Shown here piece by piece: positions 13,606 to 26,347 of a stretch of 64,000 nucleotides of DNA (the first letter of the stretch is position 1; each line of letters opens with the position of its first letter). A program made the position numbers and the translations under genes. This DNA comes from Marsupella aquatica (Eukaryota > Plantae > Marchantiophyta), in NCBI GenBank assembly GCA_973895155.1, contig OZ316895.1, positions 16,720,170-16,784,169 of the forward strand. Reading direction: 5' to 3'. The notes under the pieces were generated by a model. That model was given only the letters and a program-made list of their open reading frames with translations, searched no databases and was not told where the DNA came from.

Positions 13606-14848
13606 CCCCAACACCTCTTCCCATCCAGAGTAAGGAATGGCTCCTAGTACATAGGCTGCCCAAGACCGCTTCTATTCACCAGCACAGTCTAAAAATTAAA
13701 ATCCTCTGTTACCAGAGAAATTATGACCTATGGCTTTCACTCAATAGGTCATAAATGATAGACTTAGATAAATGTGGGTGATCATTGATGATTGGGTCCC
13801 CAGCATTGGAGCTACAGGCATTTCCGAGCTCAGGTGAGTTGTTCATGATGGTCTCAGTTCAAAATTCATTCACTTAGGTGCTCGATCATTGGTCACCGCA
13901 GCACCTTATTTGCACATTTTACAGTAAATGTCACTAATTATCCAGTAATATTGGAACCCGCATGTGCTGGACTAATATTAGGAGTAGCCATCGGTCATCC
14001 ATGTGCAGATGTAAGACCTCGTATACATAATTCTCCCTAACTGTGCAAACTTCCAAAAAAATTGAAAGAAATGCTCAAAACAGTTGGTAGAGGTAGAAAA
14101 GTAACCTATACCACCTACGTTCGTAGCTCCTTCCTAGCACTTGAATCAAACGAGGGAGATATCAACTAGTGTCCAGTACTCCGTATGTCTCATGCAACCC
14201 CGTGTGAATATTTATTCTTTGATCACACCGTACGGAATATTCCTGTACGGGGTGTGCCAACGGGAGTCACGTTTGCTTGGAATCTTTGCTTGAAGGTACC
14301 TTGGACTAGAACAAATTGGAAGCGTATGAAGAAAAGAGCAGGTTCCATTGTTTCCATTTTATAAGTTTCTCTAAAGAGTGACAAATCCTCACCTTTAGAT
14401 GAAAGCCAAGTGACTTATTTTGGTTTCACCAGTAGATTCACGATATCCCCACCCATTTTGATCTGGTGTCGCAAACGATAGGAACGAAATAAATTGTAGG
14501 GATGTGAACCTGGCGTTGCGTTCTTGTTTCGTGCTGTTTGTAACAGAGGAGTTCGGTTTCTTTGTGGATAAGGTAATAGCTTAGTAAGTGATCCAAAGTT
14601 TACATTTTCCGCGAATTTCCTCGCAGGCCAATGGGTTTCCTTTGGAGAACACAAGTTGGTAAGCTTCCTGTAACGTCAACCAGACATGAGAACCACGAGA
14701 TGACGCCACTGAGGACGGTTTTAAGTGTCAAACACACCGTCAAAACACACGACTCTGGTCGAGCTAGCTGTAGCTGCTGCTCCTTGTAGAGCGGAAATTG
14801 ATGGATCTCATGGACTGTTCAATTTGGAAGGACAATATCTTGGCATAG
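13606..14848 (+). CDS. Putative orphan gene, 3' micro-exon chain (13606-13629, 13716-13747, 13804-13833, 14627-14658, 14790-14848)
   Basis: AG/GT-bounded exons of 24, 32, 30, 32 and 59 bp splice in frame to PQHLFPSRRNYDLWLSLNSIGATGISELRPMGFLWRTQVERKLMDLMDCSIWKDNILA*. Strong donors GTAAGG, GTGAGT and GTAAGC. One intron is only 56 bp. Confidence 0.3.
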
Positions 14849-15475
14849 GAAGAGGACACGTCGTTAATGTCGTGTTACGTTCAGTCTACCGGAAAAGAGT
14901 GAAAAGGGTAAAAGGTGGTAAGTGGCACGGCACAAGGAGAGTGTATGTGATCATATGCAGGCTGTACACAACATCCCGTCACATCTCTGCAACTAAGGAT
15001 CGTTGAGGTGAAATAGTACTGATGGGGAAGTCCTGGAGCTCCATCGAATTTTTTTCTTCTTCTACCTTCCATCTTTGATTTTGACATCTTGTAAGCAGGC
15101 AAATGATGCACTTTAAGATATTGTCTTATTTCACTTTGGTAGCAAGTCATAACAGTCGCCAGCTCTTGTGTGCTTGAACTAGACCCTGACAAGGCTAGCA
15201 TTGTAGACAAGTATTGATATTTGATTTCCCAAGTAGTAATTTTACACATCAAAATCCTTTCACTTTTGAAAGAATAAGCTCAAGGCTTCAATTTACACAT
15301 GACAGTGTTCCATGTGAATTTCAATCTTCTTGGGCACTAGCTCAACATGGTAGCGTGTAAATGCTTTAAGGCATGTGTCTCCCACAAAAATGCCATATAC
15401 CCTAGCGTTGTAATGAGCTGAGAATGGGACCTGCCAACAGATGGAGGGAGATGGAGAGAAGATTCATCTGAACAG

Positions 15476-18400
15476 TTACGTCCTGTGTGTGTATATTGCC
15501 TCCAGTCGCTCAATTGAAGCATAAAGGTGGCCCAGATTCAGACCGATGGTAGGGTCTCCCGTACCCAATGCTCTGGAAAGGAAACCAGAGTCAGCCAACA
15601 AAATTCATGCAAAACACAGTCAAATTATGAATCCAGATACATCAGGACCCGCATAAGCTATGGCTAAGGCTTAGGGAAATTTCTGTCTTAGCTACTTAGC
15701 TGAAAGAAAGCTTCGCAAGGGCAAAGGTAAGAAGATCATAGACACGATTAAGGAAGACCAACCGGCCAATCCTCTGTTCGCGTTTTGAATGGTAAATGTT
15801 GAGAAGAAGGACACAATACACCAAAACATCGGCCAAGAACTGTTGGACTGATGGAGGACTCACCCATGCAAATCTGGGAGAACATATTCTGCACTCCATC
15901 CCACTCGAATGTCAAACACAGGTGTCAACGGGAGAAGTGTTTTGTGTCGTATATTTGTGGGACCACTCCCTCCGAGGGCTGATGTAACCTTCCATTTCCA
16001 CCCGGTTGTATGAGTTTGCCACTCGTGACCAATCCCAACCTGTTCGATAAATTATCGAAAAGTTTAGTCCAAAGCCAATGCTCAAAGATACTCGTTATGC
16101 AACAAAATAGTGACTGCGAATTACAAATCATTTCCAGATGGCAGGTCAAAGGTCAGCCATTTCACCAACTGTATAATGGACGAGGAGAAGAAACTGATGG
16201 CTTGAGACATTTTACAAAGCCAAGCTCCAGCAAACTTAAGCAAACATTGATACAACGGCTTTCCATAAAACAGACAATAAAACAACCTGAACATTCAGCA
16301 TTGAACCGATGGGAATCTTCTTTGTGAGCAATCGCAGGTCACCGTGCTTTGGTTCAAAAATAAACTTCCACTTCCTGTCAACCGTTGCGGGTTTAAAGAC
16401 GAACTTTGTATTGCATTCGGCGGCCTGAAACCCATCAAACTGAAACCAACCACACATTAGCTGGCGTGGTTAACCTGGAAAAAGAACACCAAAGGACGAG
16501 CTCTGCATACGAATTCCAACCTTAAAAAGACTCTAATCTTTTGAATGTCTGCGAGTGCTTCAAGACAAGACCAGTTCTGCATGAAACAAATATATAAGTA
16601 GATATTCGTCTGCAATCTTCACTGGCAAACTTTACCTTGAGAGATAAAATAAGTGCGAAAGTGGCTGTTTTCATTAAATTTCGTTTCTTATTTATTATTT
16701 ATATAAGTCGGAGCTCAGCGATGAAACCAGTTTTGCAATCACAGTGATCAGAAGCACCACTGGCTTATACTGGTCACTATCTTCATTATGGCACAAAATC
16801 TTGCATTTTAGCTTTTCTATTCTTACATTTTTTTCAACTTCTTGGTTATTTGCCATCACCCATTTCTGTCATTTCATCTTTTAGGCGTTCCTGGACTTCA
16901 AGGCTCATTTGAATCTTTTGAAACTGCATGCCACAGAAATCTCTCTCCTATGCATAATGTGAAACGTAGACCCCATGCCTAAGTAAATGACGAGCAAACG
17001 ACCAACGCTGTAAGACTAAATATATTTGACGTATCATTTCAGATACGGTGAACATCAGATGAGTACCTCAAAGTTAGCTCCAAGCTGGTAACCCTCTACT
17101 TGCTGCCTGAATTTCAGGAACAACTCCTTGGGCATCCAGTCAATGCTGTAATAATCTTCAAGGCTTGCAGGCTTGACTCCACCTTCTGATCCATAATCAT
17201 ACACAACTGGCTCCCTTCCAGTCTGAAGTGGCAGCATTTGAAGTGGTTGTGACACTGGATGAGTGTATGGACCCACAGGCGATGCATGAGGAACATGAGC
17301 GATCGATTGACTGTGCGATGGAAGGTCCTGCAAGCGTGAGCGTTTGCAAAAGCAATCAATTTTAAGAAGGGCAAGAAAAGTTTGAACTATCTCAACCGCT
17401 GGTGAAGTGTCGCACCAGTATTTCATGAAAAAAGCGTCAACCTCAAGCAGCTCAAGACATGAAAACACCGACAAACGAGAGACACAACAACTTGGAGCGG
17501 TGTCTCAAGAGGCTTTTGTAAGTACACTGTGCACAATACCCATTACTGACGGCTAAGTGAAATGTTGCTTGCTGTCCCTTGACTTTGCAGCCTTTGGACG
17601 CAAATATCTTTGTTGCTCATCAAGGCAGTATCACGGATGCAGAATGGAATATATCAGACCAAAATGACGCATATATGATGATATGAAGGCTACAGCCCGA
17701 GCTCATTATACACTACTCATCATCCTATTTGGCCATATATATCAAGCTCTGTGATGAGAGCAGTGAAGGTGGGGAGAGGACTATCGCGACATTCGAATTT
17801 AACGCGTTGACTGCCTTACTTCCCTAGCTCAACACAAATTTGCATCCAATCAGAAGTATCTCCTGCTTCTAACATTAGAGGAGATTGTATTTCGAATCAT
17901 CTTGATTTGTTCTATGAAAATAAGTGGCTTGTATGGATGTAAAACTAACTGCGTAGCCTTTCAAAGTGCCCAAATCCATTTAGTATTTGCGGAACAGCCA
18001 TCCAAACAAGAAGCTAGAAGTGTCTCAGGGTAATAAGCCACGAGTCCAAATGGCTGCCATTTTGCAAATGAAATGACCGACAAACAACAGGTCCTATTGC
18101 AAGCGTGGCGTACCGTGGTAGTCGTCGGGTGAGAAACAGACCCAAGGCTGGAAGGCCTTGACGATGAACTTTGTTGTGCATCTAAAACTGCTTGAACACG
18201 GTCCTTCAACGCGTTGATAAAATTACTGCTACCTGCAACTGGTCTCTCAGATCGCTGACTGCAAGGCCAAAATAATTTTTATTAAATTTCTTGAAATATG
18301 CCGCTCCAACGTTGTTAGGATATGAAAGAAAGAATTAATTCAAAGTCCACAGCGACCAACGTGGGCCATAGGACCAGAATTGTGAGAAATGTGACAGGAA

Positions 18401-19087
18401 AGATCTTACGATAGCCATGTCCAAGAGAATCTCATGATTCTAATAAGGCTGAGAAAGTCTCACAGCCTATCATACTGCTTATGTGCTTCTCAGCACCGAA
18501 CAGAAATCTGTTAAGAGTTGAGGTTTTCTGGCCCTGCCTAAATTTCTCATTACCACATGATAATTTTGTTTCTCAAGGCCCTAGCCATGCGACTTCATTT
18601 CCCCTCATCCAACCTTTTTCCCGCTCTATCAGGTCATCGCTTACACCTAGCATCTCAATAGATAATGCTCAGGCCGACAATTAGGGAAGAAGTACGTTTC
18701 TATCTACTGTAAAAAGAGATACTAGATATTCCCTTTATTACACCACCGTTTTAAAGCAAGGTCATCATACTCAACTGTTAGCCCATCTCAATCTCTTAAA
18801 CAACTACGTCTGATTCGGCATCTCGATGAATTTGAGGACTGAAAGAAACGTGCAAAGCATAAAAAAGGCGTGGTTTTTCGTTCAACTGTCCTTCGAGGAA
18901 TACTTGCTCTGCTAAAGATTCAATTGAGAGACCTGGAAGACGCATTCGGAGATCCATCGAATCTTGGAACACTACTGCTGTTTCTCGGCCTCTCGTCGTA
19001 CGCATCTCTGACGACAGGAGTTGCAGAGAACGGCCCAGACGGAGGAGATGACCACTGGGCATCCGGAGGAGGCCCGCTCCCCGCCAT
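15476..19087 (-). CDS. ORG4: ORG4-like conserved plant protein of unknown function, 6 exons, about 280 aa
   Basis: Exons 19087-18933, 18225(or 18228)-18114, 17222-17067, 16439-16287, 16039-15864 and 15572-15476 join with consistent phases. The C-terminal two-thirds (KELFLKFRQQVEGYQLGANFE...RKWKFIFEPKHGDLRLLTKKIP...VGIGHEWQTHTTGWKWKVTSALGG...FDIRVGWSAEYVLPDLHGALGTGDP...ERLEAIYTHRT*) matches my recollection of Arabidopsis OBP3-responsive gene 4 (At2g06010). The symbol is from memory. Confidence 0.8.
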
Positions 19088-21237
19088 CCTTCCAACAAAC
19101 AATAGATAATTTGGAGCTCCACCAAAACTTCCAATTTCAACCAAAAACCGAGAATCGTTCTGCCTCCTCGGGCCTTGAATAGTTCTACAATTTGCTGGTT
19201 CGTCAAGTCACCTTTGTCCAACGGACTTTCTCTCTAACTTTCTCTCCTTCGATGATAAGTGCAGCGGAATTCACCACAAGAGCTTTGAGAAAGGAGTCCC
19301 ATGGCGAACAAGTAAATACCACGGCCCTGTCGTGATTATTCAGGCCTTTGAAATCGTAAGCGCAAAGGAACTGCTTCAGTGACCACCCGGCTCTTCACCG
19401 AGGACGCCTCGAGAGTTGAAAGAAATGTCTGAACACTATCCTCTTTGATCACGAAAACATCTCAATTGCTTGTCGACAGAGTGCGTGCTTCCTGGCCCCT
19501 CTGTGCCATCAATAACAAAAAATAATCCTCGCCCACATGCTCCTGATTACTTCATCGGGCGCCTTGCATAAACATCAACATCTGCGTCTGGGGTGCTCGG
19601 CATTCTTACAAAGGAAGTGACTCAATGAGCTGCGCTACTAACGACCTCAGGAATGGGCGGTCACAAATTAATGCACAATTTGGGTACACTATTTCTGACC
19701 ATTTTCAAATGGATAGGTGTCCCACGCAGGTTCAAACCAACGGAATACGGAGTACCATCTCCAGGTTCGTTTCTTGGTTTCAGCAGCAGGATGTCAAAGA
19801 AACTGCCTTATTGCCGACTTGCCACTCAAAAGCTAATTTAGGATTTCTATTGGAAGAGTTGAGACGCAAAAGCATTCTCTCATGTCTTGTGGGAAAGTGA
19901 GCCATTCCGTTAAGGAATCACTTCCCAAACATCGCAAACCGGAGATTCTTTTTAAGACTAGAGAATACTTTTTTGTTCGTGTTAACCGACGCCGGAGTTA
20001 ACTACAGTAGAGTGCTGTAGGTCTTGGTATGTTTTGATTGAACTGAGTTGGTAGGTATCATAACTTCTTGGCAACACCACATAGTCGTTTTAGTCGGCCA
20101 TATCAGGTGCAATATCTTGAGATTCAACACAGAAGTTCCATGCAGACTACTGGTCCTGTTTGCAGCAAACAAGATGCAGCAAACAAGAAGGGCACAAGTA
20201 TTTGTATAAGAATTGAATCTTGGGCCAAAATGCAAGTTTGAGGAGAGGACATGGAGTAAGGAATTGAAGGAGTACATTGACAGAAATGGTCCCCCCACAT
20301 TTGACTTTGGTTGCATAATGTTTCCAGGTTTCTCAAGAGGCGTGAAAGGCAAACGGTCCACATGGTATGGACCCTGATGTTTTTCAGAATGTTTTCCCAC
20401 TAGCACCTTATCATGTAACATGTTTGATTTCTAGAATAGATGACTTCCAGGCAATTGCGAAGTAAGAAGCAGCTTTGCTTTGTAGCAAAGTCCCTGGCCT
20501 GATTAGGTGATCTGTGTTTTATCTACTGTCTGTGTTTACGAATTTGCAGCTCTGAGGTAATTTACGTAAAATTCGAGACTCGGCGTCCTAAAATTCATCC
20601 TCTGCTCCCCGGATCCACCGTGTATATCGACAGTAACATCCAGGTGAGATGACAATTTAGATGGCAGGCATCGGCTCGGGGCGGTGTCGCTATTTTTCAT
20701 GCATGCCAGCTGGTTTGGCAGCATTAGATCCTGTTCACCTTGTGCAGTTTTCTGTTTACACCTTGTTCATTTCATCATTTGTCCTACGCATCTCACACAA
20801 AAGTATTATAATGGATTATGAGACTCATGGACCTACTGTAAGAAACCTCTTGGAGCCTTCTCATGGCCAAAATGGTAATGTAACTGTAACATTCCTTCCC
20901 TAATAACATATTTGTAACAAGCTTTCAAGTGAAATGAAGAATCTTCAACAACAATGCAGTCCATTATCGAGATCAATATGTTTAGTGACTAGTGTAATTT
21001 GATTTAAGGTCAGTTAGTCTAGTTGAATTACTTGAAGGAAAGAGAAAAAGCATTGAGAACAGCATCTGTGGGTACTCTGGACTACGCTGGCGAAACCCAG
21101 GCCAATAAGCTAAGCGATAGCAAAGCAACAAGCAACAAATTGTACAGTGAGGCAATTCTAGTATTGTCTCCTAGTGCAGACACCTTTTCGAGTGGGAGCA
21201 ATACACCATAGAAGCGAGCCCGGAAGCCAGAATGCCT

Positions 21238-21586
21238 TAAGGGCCAACTCGCATGTAGACACTCCTTCACAATGCGGCCCTTACCTCATGCGCCACTTCA
21301 GGGAAAAGTGTGATCTGCTATACCAATCAGAGAAACCAGTACAAGGTCATGGTTGATCATTCTGTCAGCGACAGTCCAGGACGTGCTATGTATAGAAGCT
21401 TGAGGATTGTTTTATTAGCAAAGTAGAGGTCAGGACCTGCAAGGGCCGGAAAGTTTCCGCCAGACCTGCAGTCAGGCCTGCCGAAGGAGGGGCTTACGGG
21501 ATTGCACAATTATCAATTCTTATCACGACATGTTGCAGTCTAAGGGCCGCATTGTGAAGGACTCTCGACATGCGAGTTGGCCCTTA
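21238..21586. mobile_element. 46-bp inverted repeat pair, PIF/Harbinger (Tourist)-like MITE candidate
   Basis: 21238-21283 TAAGGGCCAACTCGCATGTAGACACTCCTTCACAATGCGGCCCTTA versus the reverse complement of 21541-21586: 43/46 identical. GGGCC termini are flanked by TAA/TTA, as in Harbinger TWA target sites. Confidence 0.65.
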
Positions 21587-23491
21587 GTGACACGAAGAGA
21601 GACAATTACTTCAATGACAAGACACATGCTTTCGAAACGGTCTCTTTATCAACTCGGGGTTATGCCTGAAGGATTCATAAAATGTGGTCTCTCCTTGTCC
21701 ATTACTTGATCATTTGATGACCTCGCCATTGTGCAACTACACAAACTAAAACCTAACGGTGAGGATGGGTGAAATGGCACGTCAGGGACGATAATCGAAT
21801 ATACGAATATAAAAACAGTTCAGAGTGCCACAAAGATGCTGGACGATTCAACAGCACCGCGCTCCACTCACATTAAACATGATGAAGATGTAAGAGATTC
21901 AGTCACCCTTCATGTCCAGGACCCCGGCGGAGGGTTCAAGCACATACGACAGAAATTCAACTGCGGTTGGTATCGATCGGCTCCCATCCGAAAGCCAGGC
22001 AGGACATTAACGAATCAATACGACAAGTTCACCCACACTTAAAAACAGCAGACAATCACAGAATTAGAACCACTGTATTCAGCTGAAAAGTGCGACAAAA
22101 ACCCCATTACGAAAAACAATCACAACTGCATATTACATCCACATAAGAGATAATATGAATCATGAGCAATGCACTCAAACAAGGACCTCAAAGAAAATTG
22201 AATCAAACCATCATGAAAGCACCATCGACTGCATGGTAAGAGGCTAAGGATGCTGGTCATGGAAGAAATCAAGGACCCAACGACATAGCAAATCAGATCA
22301 AGATAGCATGAACTTACTCGGTGACAGACAGCCGCTACACATGTCAATCTTGAATAGTTACTTCATCGTGAACACCATGCAAGTGGCGTTCTCGGTGTGA
22401 TTGCCTCAACTGGGTTTTGGGCAGGGCTTGGAAGCCAGTGTCCTACTATTTCGAGAGTTAAAATCTGGTGCACGTCTAAAATGTTCTGCACGTGTCTGCA
22501 CCAAAAGATTGGACAGGAAATGAATCAATGAGTGAACCAGTTTCTCAATCAGGCGCATCAATCCAGCTACGGAACAAAAACGAACGTGTGTTGTCAAACA
22601 CAAAACGAAGGAGACTCCAACAACCAGACATTACCGATGATCTGACTCCGTAGGGTCACTGATCAGGATTAGAAGCTCGAACAGTTTCCCAGACTTTAAG
22701 ATCCCGTGATACTCAACTTGGTAGACACACAGATTTGTGACTGTACACAGATGACAAAATCATATCTTTGTCTTCAATTCAAGTGCAATGAACGACAAAT
22801 GGTCCCCAAGCGAACTTGGCCATCTCACTGCTGGCCAGACAAGGAAGACAGTGGCATCCAGGGCTTTGATCAGGAAACCAATTTCAATTTCACAGATACA
22901 GGTTTCTGCCTCTTCCGTAAACAGGTTAAGAACCCTGAAGTTGAGATTCCTCCGAAAAGAAACTCCAAAGACGATTCTGAAACTGGAGGAGCATCCAGAT
23001 TTGCAATAGTTGTGATATTCTAATTGGGTGCTCCATAATTGATGGGCAGCTGCGGATCTTTGCAACTGAATTAGCTAGCTGGCTTGAGCAATCTATCTAG
23101 ACCAATGGCGACTACTCAAGATTTTCCTAGGACAGTCAAATGGTCTGACTAAATTTGATGTACAAGTATTCTACAAAGTTGAAAATGTGTACATGGTGGC
23201 CACCGTGGTAATATCTGGATCCACAGTTGCTGAGGTGCTTTTGCTCTCTCAAGCTTTGGCCAATAAAGTAGGTTTCCTAGTCTCTTGTTGTTTGGCTGCA
23301 GCTCTAATGGCATTGGATTCGATTGGAAAATCTATCAGGAACGGTGGCACAACCCCCGACTCTTTTGAGTCGAAGAGAACCTGTTCCGCAGGGGCTGGGC
23401 CCAATCGGACTCTGACAATTCTCAATAGCCTATAATTGCACGGCAAAATTGGTGGCCCACTGACCAACTATTAGGGGAACTGAGATAGAAT

Positions 23492-25408
23492 CTACCAGGG
23501 AAGAAATGCTTCTTCCCTCTCAAAGTTGTCCCGAGTCTTGATATGAGATTTTCTTGACGAACTGCTAATATTTCTTGATCTCACCTTGTTGGACAGGGGT
23601 AGAGAGAGCATGCACGGTGGCCGATCCTCTCTTGTTGCTGCTCTTGTGTTTCTACGTGTTGGTGTGATGGACCGACCTGCTCCTCCAATATCTGCTCTAC
23701 CTTCGTCTACAAAAAGCCCGACCGGTGGAATGGCACCATCCAGGAGGTTGCCCAGCGGGTTCGTCGTCTTCAGACTATGGATATCCACTGGAATCACTCG
23801 AGCCCTCTCTGGTGACCTTGTTTCAACATCGAACATGGGATTTCTCCATTGATTATATACGATTGTGCGACTCCCCGAAGAAACCTCCGTTGTAGCTCGA
23901 GGCAGCCCATTAACTCCTTCCTCCTCATCCTCGTCTTCTTTCCCCTCGTTATGCCTAGATGGATGGTGGTCAACACAGTGTTGCACCAAGCCGAACTCTC
24001 GAGCTGATCTCGTTCTCTGCTCTCTGACACGAGAGCCCACCATTCTGTCCATGGAACTGGCTCGGGCAACAACTCCGGTCAGGGCATCGTTCGAGTGGTA
24101 CCACGGCTGCTCGAGAGCTCTCTCAGCTGGTGGTGGTGTTAGTGATCTCCCTGAAGGTACAGGCTTATCAACTGGAGGCCTTAGGTACCTCCCACTTTGT
24201 GAAACCGCACTCCTGGGACCTCTAATCACCGAGTTTACACCGTTCAAATCCGAGCTGGGTCTCCCATCTCTGAGCACTTGTGGAGTTTGGCAGCTGGAAG
24301 TTGTCATCTTCACTACATTGGCCAACCCACCAGCCCACTTAGCTGATGTAATTTTCTTGCTCACCTCTTGGAGAGCTGCAACAACGTAGCTCATCGAGGG
24401 CCTTCGCAAGCTGGACCTCCTGACGCAACGAGATGCGATTCCGGCCATGAGCCTCAGTGCCGTGGACTGTTGGGGGAGCAGAATGAGTCTCCGGTCAAAA
24501 ACGGCATGAGCTTTGTCCTGCTTGATGAGCGGCAGTGCCCAGTCCAATATACTCGGCGGCTTGAACCGGACGTCAATGGCATTACGACCGCTGAGTATTT
24601 CAAGGAGGAGAATCCCAAAGCTGAAAACATCGACCTTCGTGCTAATACGAGAGGTCGGAGATTCATCCTCCGGATCTCTATATCCCAATGCTGCTGGTGG
24701 CGATGCTGCTTCTGCTCCAGTTCCCCTTCTGAGATCTTCACCTTGCCCTCGCAGCGCGAACCCGAACTCGCCGAGCTTGGCGTTCCACTTGCTCGAAATC
24801 AACACTGCGCGGCTGCTCACGTCCCTGTGGATCACAGGAGGACTGGCACTGTGAAGTGCGAGCAAAGCTTTCGCTGTCTGCAAGGCAATCTGCCCCCGTA
24901 TCGCCCATCCCAATGGCTCTCCGCATGCTGCTGCTGTAGTACTAGAATTACTGACGCTATCAGAGTGAAGTATGTCATGCAGAGTGCCGTTCGCCATGTA
25001 GTCCACTACGAGGAGCTTGTCCTGGGCGTCCAAGCCTCTACTGAATCCCACAAGGTTGACGAACCGGGGGCTGTGCAATGTGGATAGAATGTCCAGCTCG
25101 TTGGTGAAAGCCACCTCGTCTTGGAGATTCTCCTGCCGTTTGATAGCGACCAGCTTCCCATCCTTGAGCGTGCCTTTGTAGAGACAGCCATGACTGCCTT
25201 TCCCGAGGATGTTGACCTTCCCAAATCCTCCAGTGGCAGTTTCCAGTTCGGAAAGGCTGAAGACCCTCAGCTTGGGAGCTTTCTGGTCCGTGGTGGTGCT
25301 GGCCTCCGCAGCTGACGGCCCGCATGAGGTAAGAAGGGCTCGCACCTCGGCGGGGTCCTGCTGAAGCGTGAGGATGGACTCCACGCCTCTGCACGACAAA
25401 AACTTCAT
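23492..25408 (-). CDS. Intronless receptor-like cytoplasmic Ser/Thr kinase-like protein (At3g51990/At1g28390-like), probable pseudokinase, 638 aa
   Basis: Single ORF with N-terminal MKFLSC..ESI motif, FSLSELETATGGF, GKGSHG, VAIK, LLVVDYMANGTL, HRDVSSRAVL, KLGEFG and DVFSFGILLLEILSGRNAID, then an R/S/P-rich tail of about 280 aa. Confidence 0.9.
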   Translation of the reverse strand: MKFLSCRGVESILTLQQDPAEVRALLTSCGPSAAEASTTTDQKAPKLRVFSLSELETATGGFGKVNILGKGSHGCLYKGTLKDGKLVAIKRQENLQDEVAFTNELDILSTLHSPRFVNLVGFSRGLDAQDKLLVVDYMANGTLHDILHSDSVSNSSTTAAACGEPLGWAIRGQIALQTAKALLALHSASPPVIHRDVSSRAVLISSKWNAKLGEFGFALRGQGEDLRRGTGAEAASPPAALGYRDPEDESPTSRISTKVDVFSFGILLLEILSGRNAIDVRFKPPSILDWALPLIKQDKAHAVFDRRLILLPQQSTALRLMAGIASRCVRRSSLRRPSMSYVVAALQEVSKKITSAKWAGGLANVVKMTTSSCQTPQVLRDGRPSSDLNGVNSVIRGPRSAVSQSGRYLRPPVDKPVPSGRSLTPPPAERALEQPWYHSNDALTGVVARASSMDRMVGSRVREQRTRSAREFGLVQHCVDHHPSRHNEGKEDEDEEEGVNGLPRATTEVSSGSRTIVYNQWRNPMFDVETRSPERARVIPVDIHSLKTTNPLGNLLDGAIPPVGLFVDEGRADIGGAGRSITPTRRNTRAATREDRPPCMLSLPLSNKVRSRNISSSSRKSHIKTRDNFEREEAFLPW

Positions 25409-26255
25409 TGCTGCTACTGCCGGCGGTGGCGTTATCGGTCGCTGGAATTTTTTTTCAATCTGTCAAGACAATGCCACTTAATCTTTCATACCTACTGAGG
25501 TCGATCCAGAGAGATATCCAACACTGGACAAACATCATGTGCATTTCGGCATTTGTACTAGAGGGCGTCAAACAAGTATCACTTGACAATAGCGACATGA
25601 GTCTCCACAAGTAAGCTAACTGGTTTGCCCAAACCAGACATTAGTATACGCCAACACTCCCACATGGATTGGGAGGGCAGAGTCTGATGAGCTCTCTCCT
25701 AAAACAGAATGTGCAGCACATGCACTCTGATTGACCTGTCGTGTGTCTTCAACGATAGCAGAAGCTCAAGCTAATCTATAGGTAGAATGTTGGTGGTGGT
25801 TGCCGTATCATGGGCTCCTGCAGAATTTGCACTCACCGATTTAGGAACGGCTTTTCCTCGTATACCTGCTTTCTCACGCGCCTGTAAAATTGTTCATGTA
25901 CATTCGTTCATCTACACACGTATGTTCGGTAATAACAACTCACCTACTCAACTTCCCCTACTTCGTTCATCTATGATATAGTCCGAACGGCTCTTCCTAT
26001 CTCTTGTTTTTTTTCCGCCATGTAGTCTCCAATTTCATTGAACAGCTACGTTTCTAATTGCCTGTCTACGTATTCAAAGTGCATTGCTCTAACTCCACAG
26101 CTCAACACCATAAACTTCTCCACCACGTCAACACCTCCGGAGCTGAATCGTTGCTTTTCACTTCATTCCATCGTCCCCCTGGCCTGCTAGACAGGATCCA
26201 AGCAGCTCCCCATTTGCTGGAACTGAGAGCGGAAACAGCCGGTCCAGCTGCTACC

Positions 26256-26347
26256 AATGTGACCAATGTGAAGCTGCTGTCGATGTGACCAATGTGAAGC
26301 TGCTGTCGATGTGACCAATGTGAAGCTGCCTGTCGATGTGACCAATG
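26256..26347. repeat. 26-bp tandem repeat x3 upstream of the kinase
   Basis: Unit GACCAATGTGAAGCTGCTGTCGATGT, near-perfect copies. Confidence 0.9.

Noticed and set aside
23586-25315. Several plus-strand and alternate-frame ORFs (up to 239 aa)
   Set aside because: Shadow ORFs of the GC-rich kinase CDS with no independent motifs.
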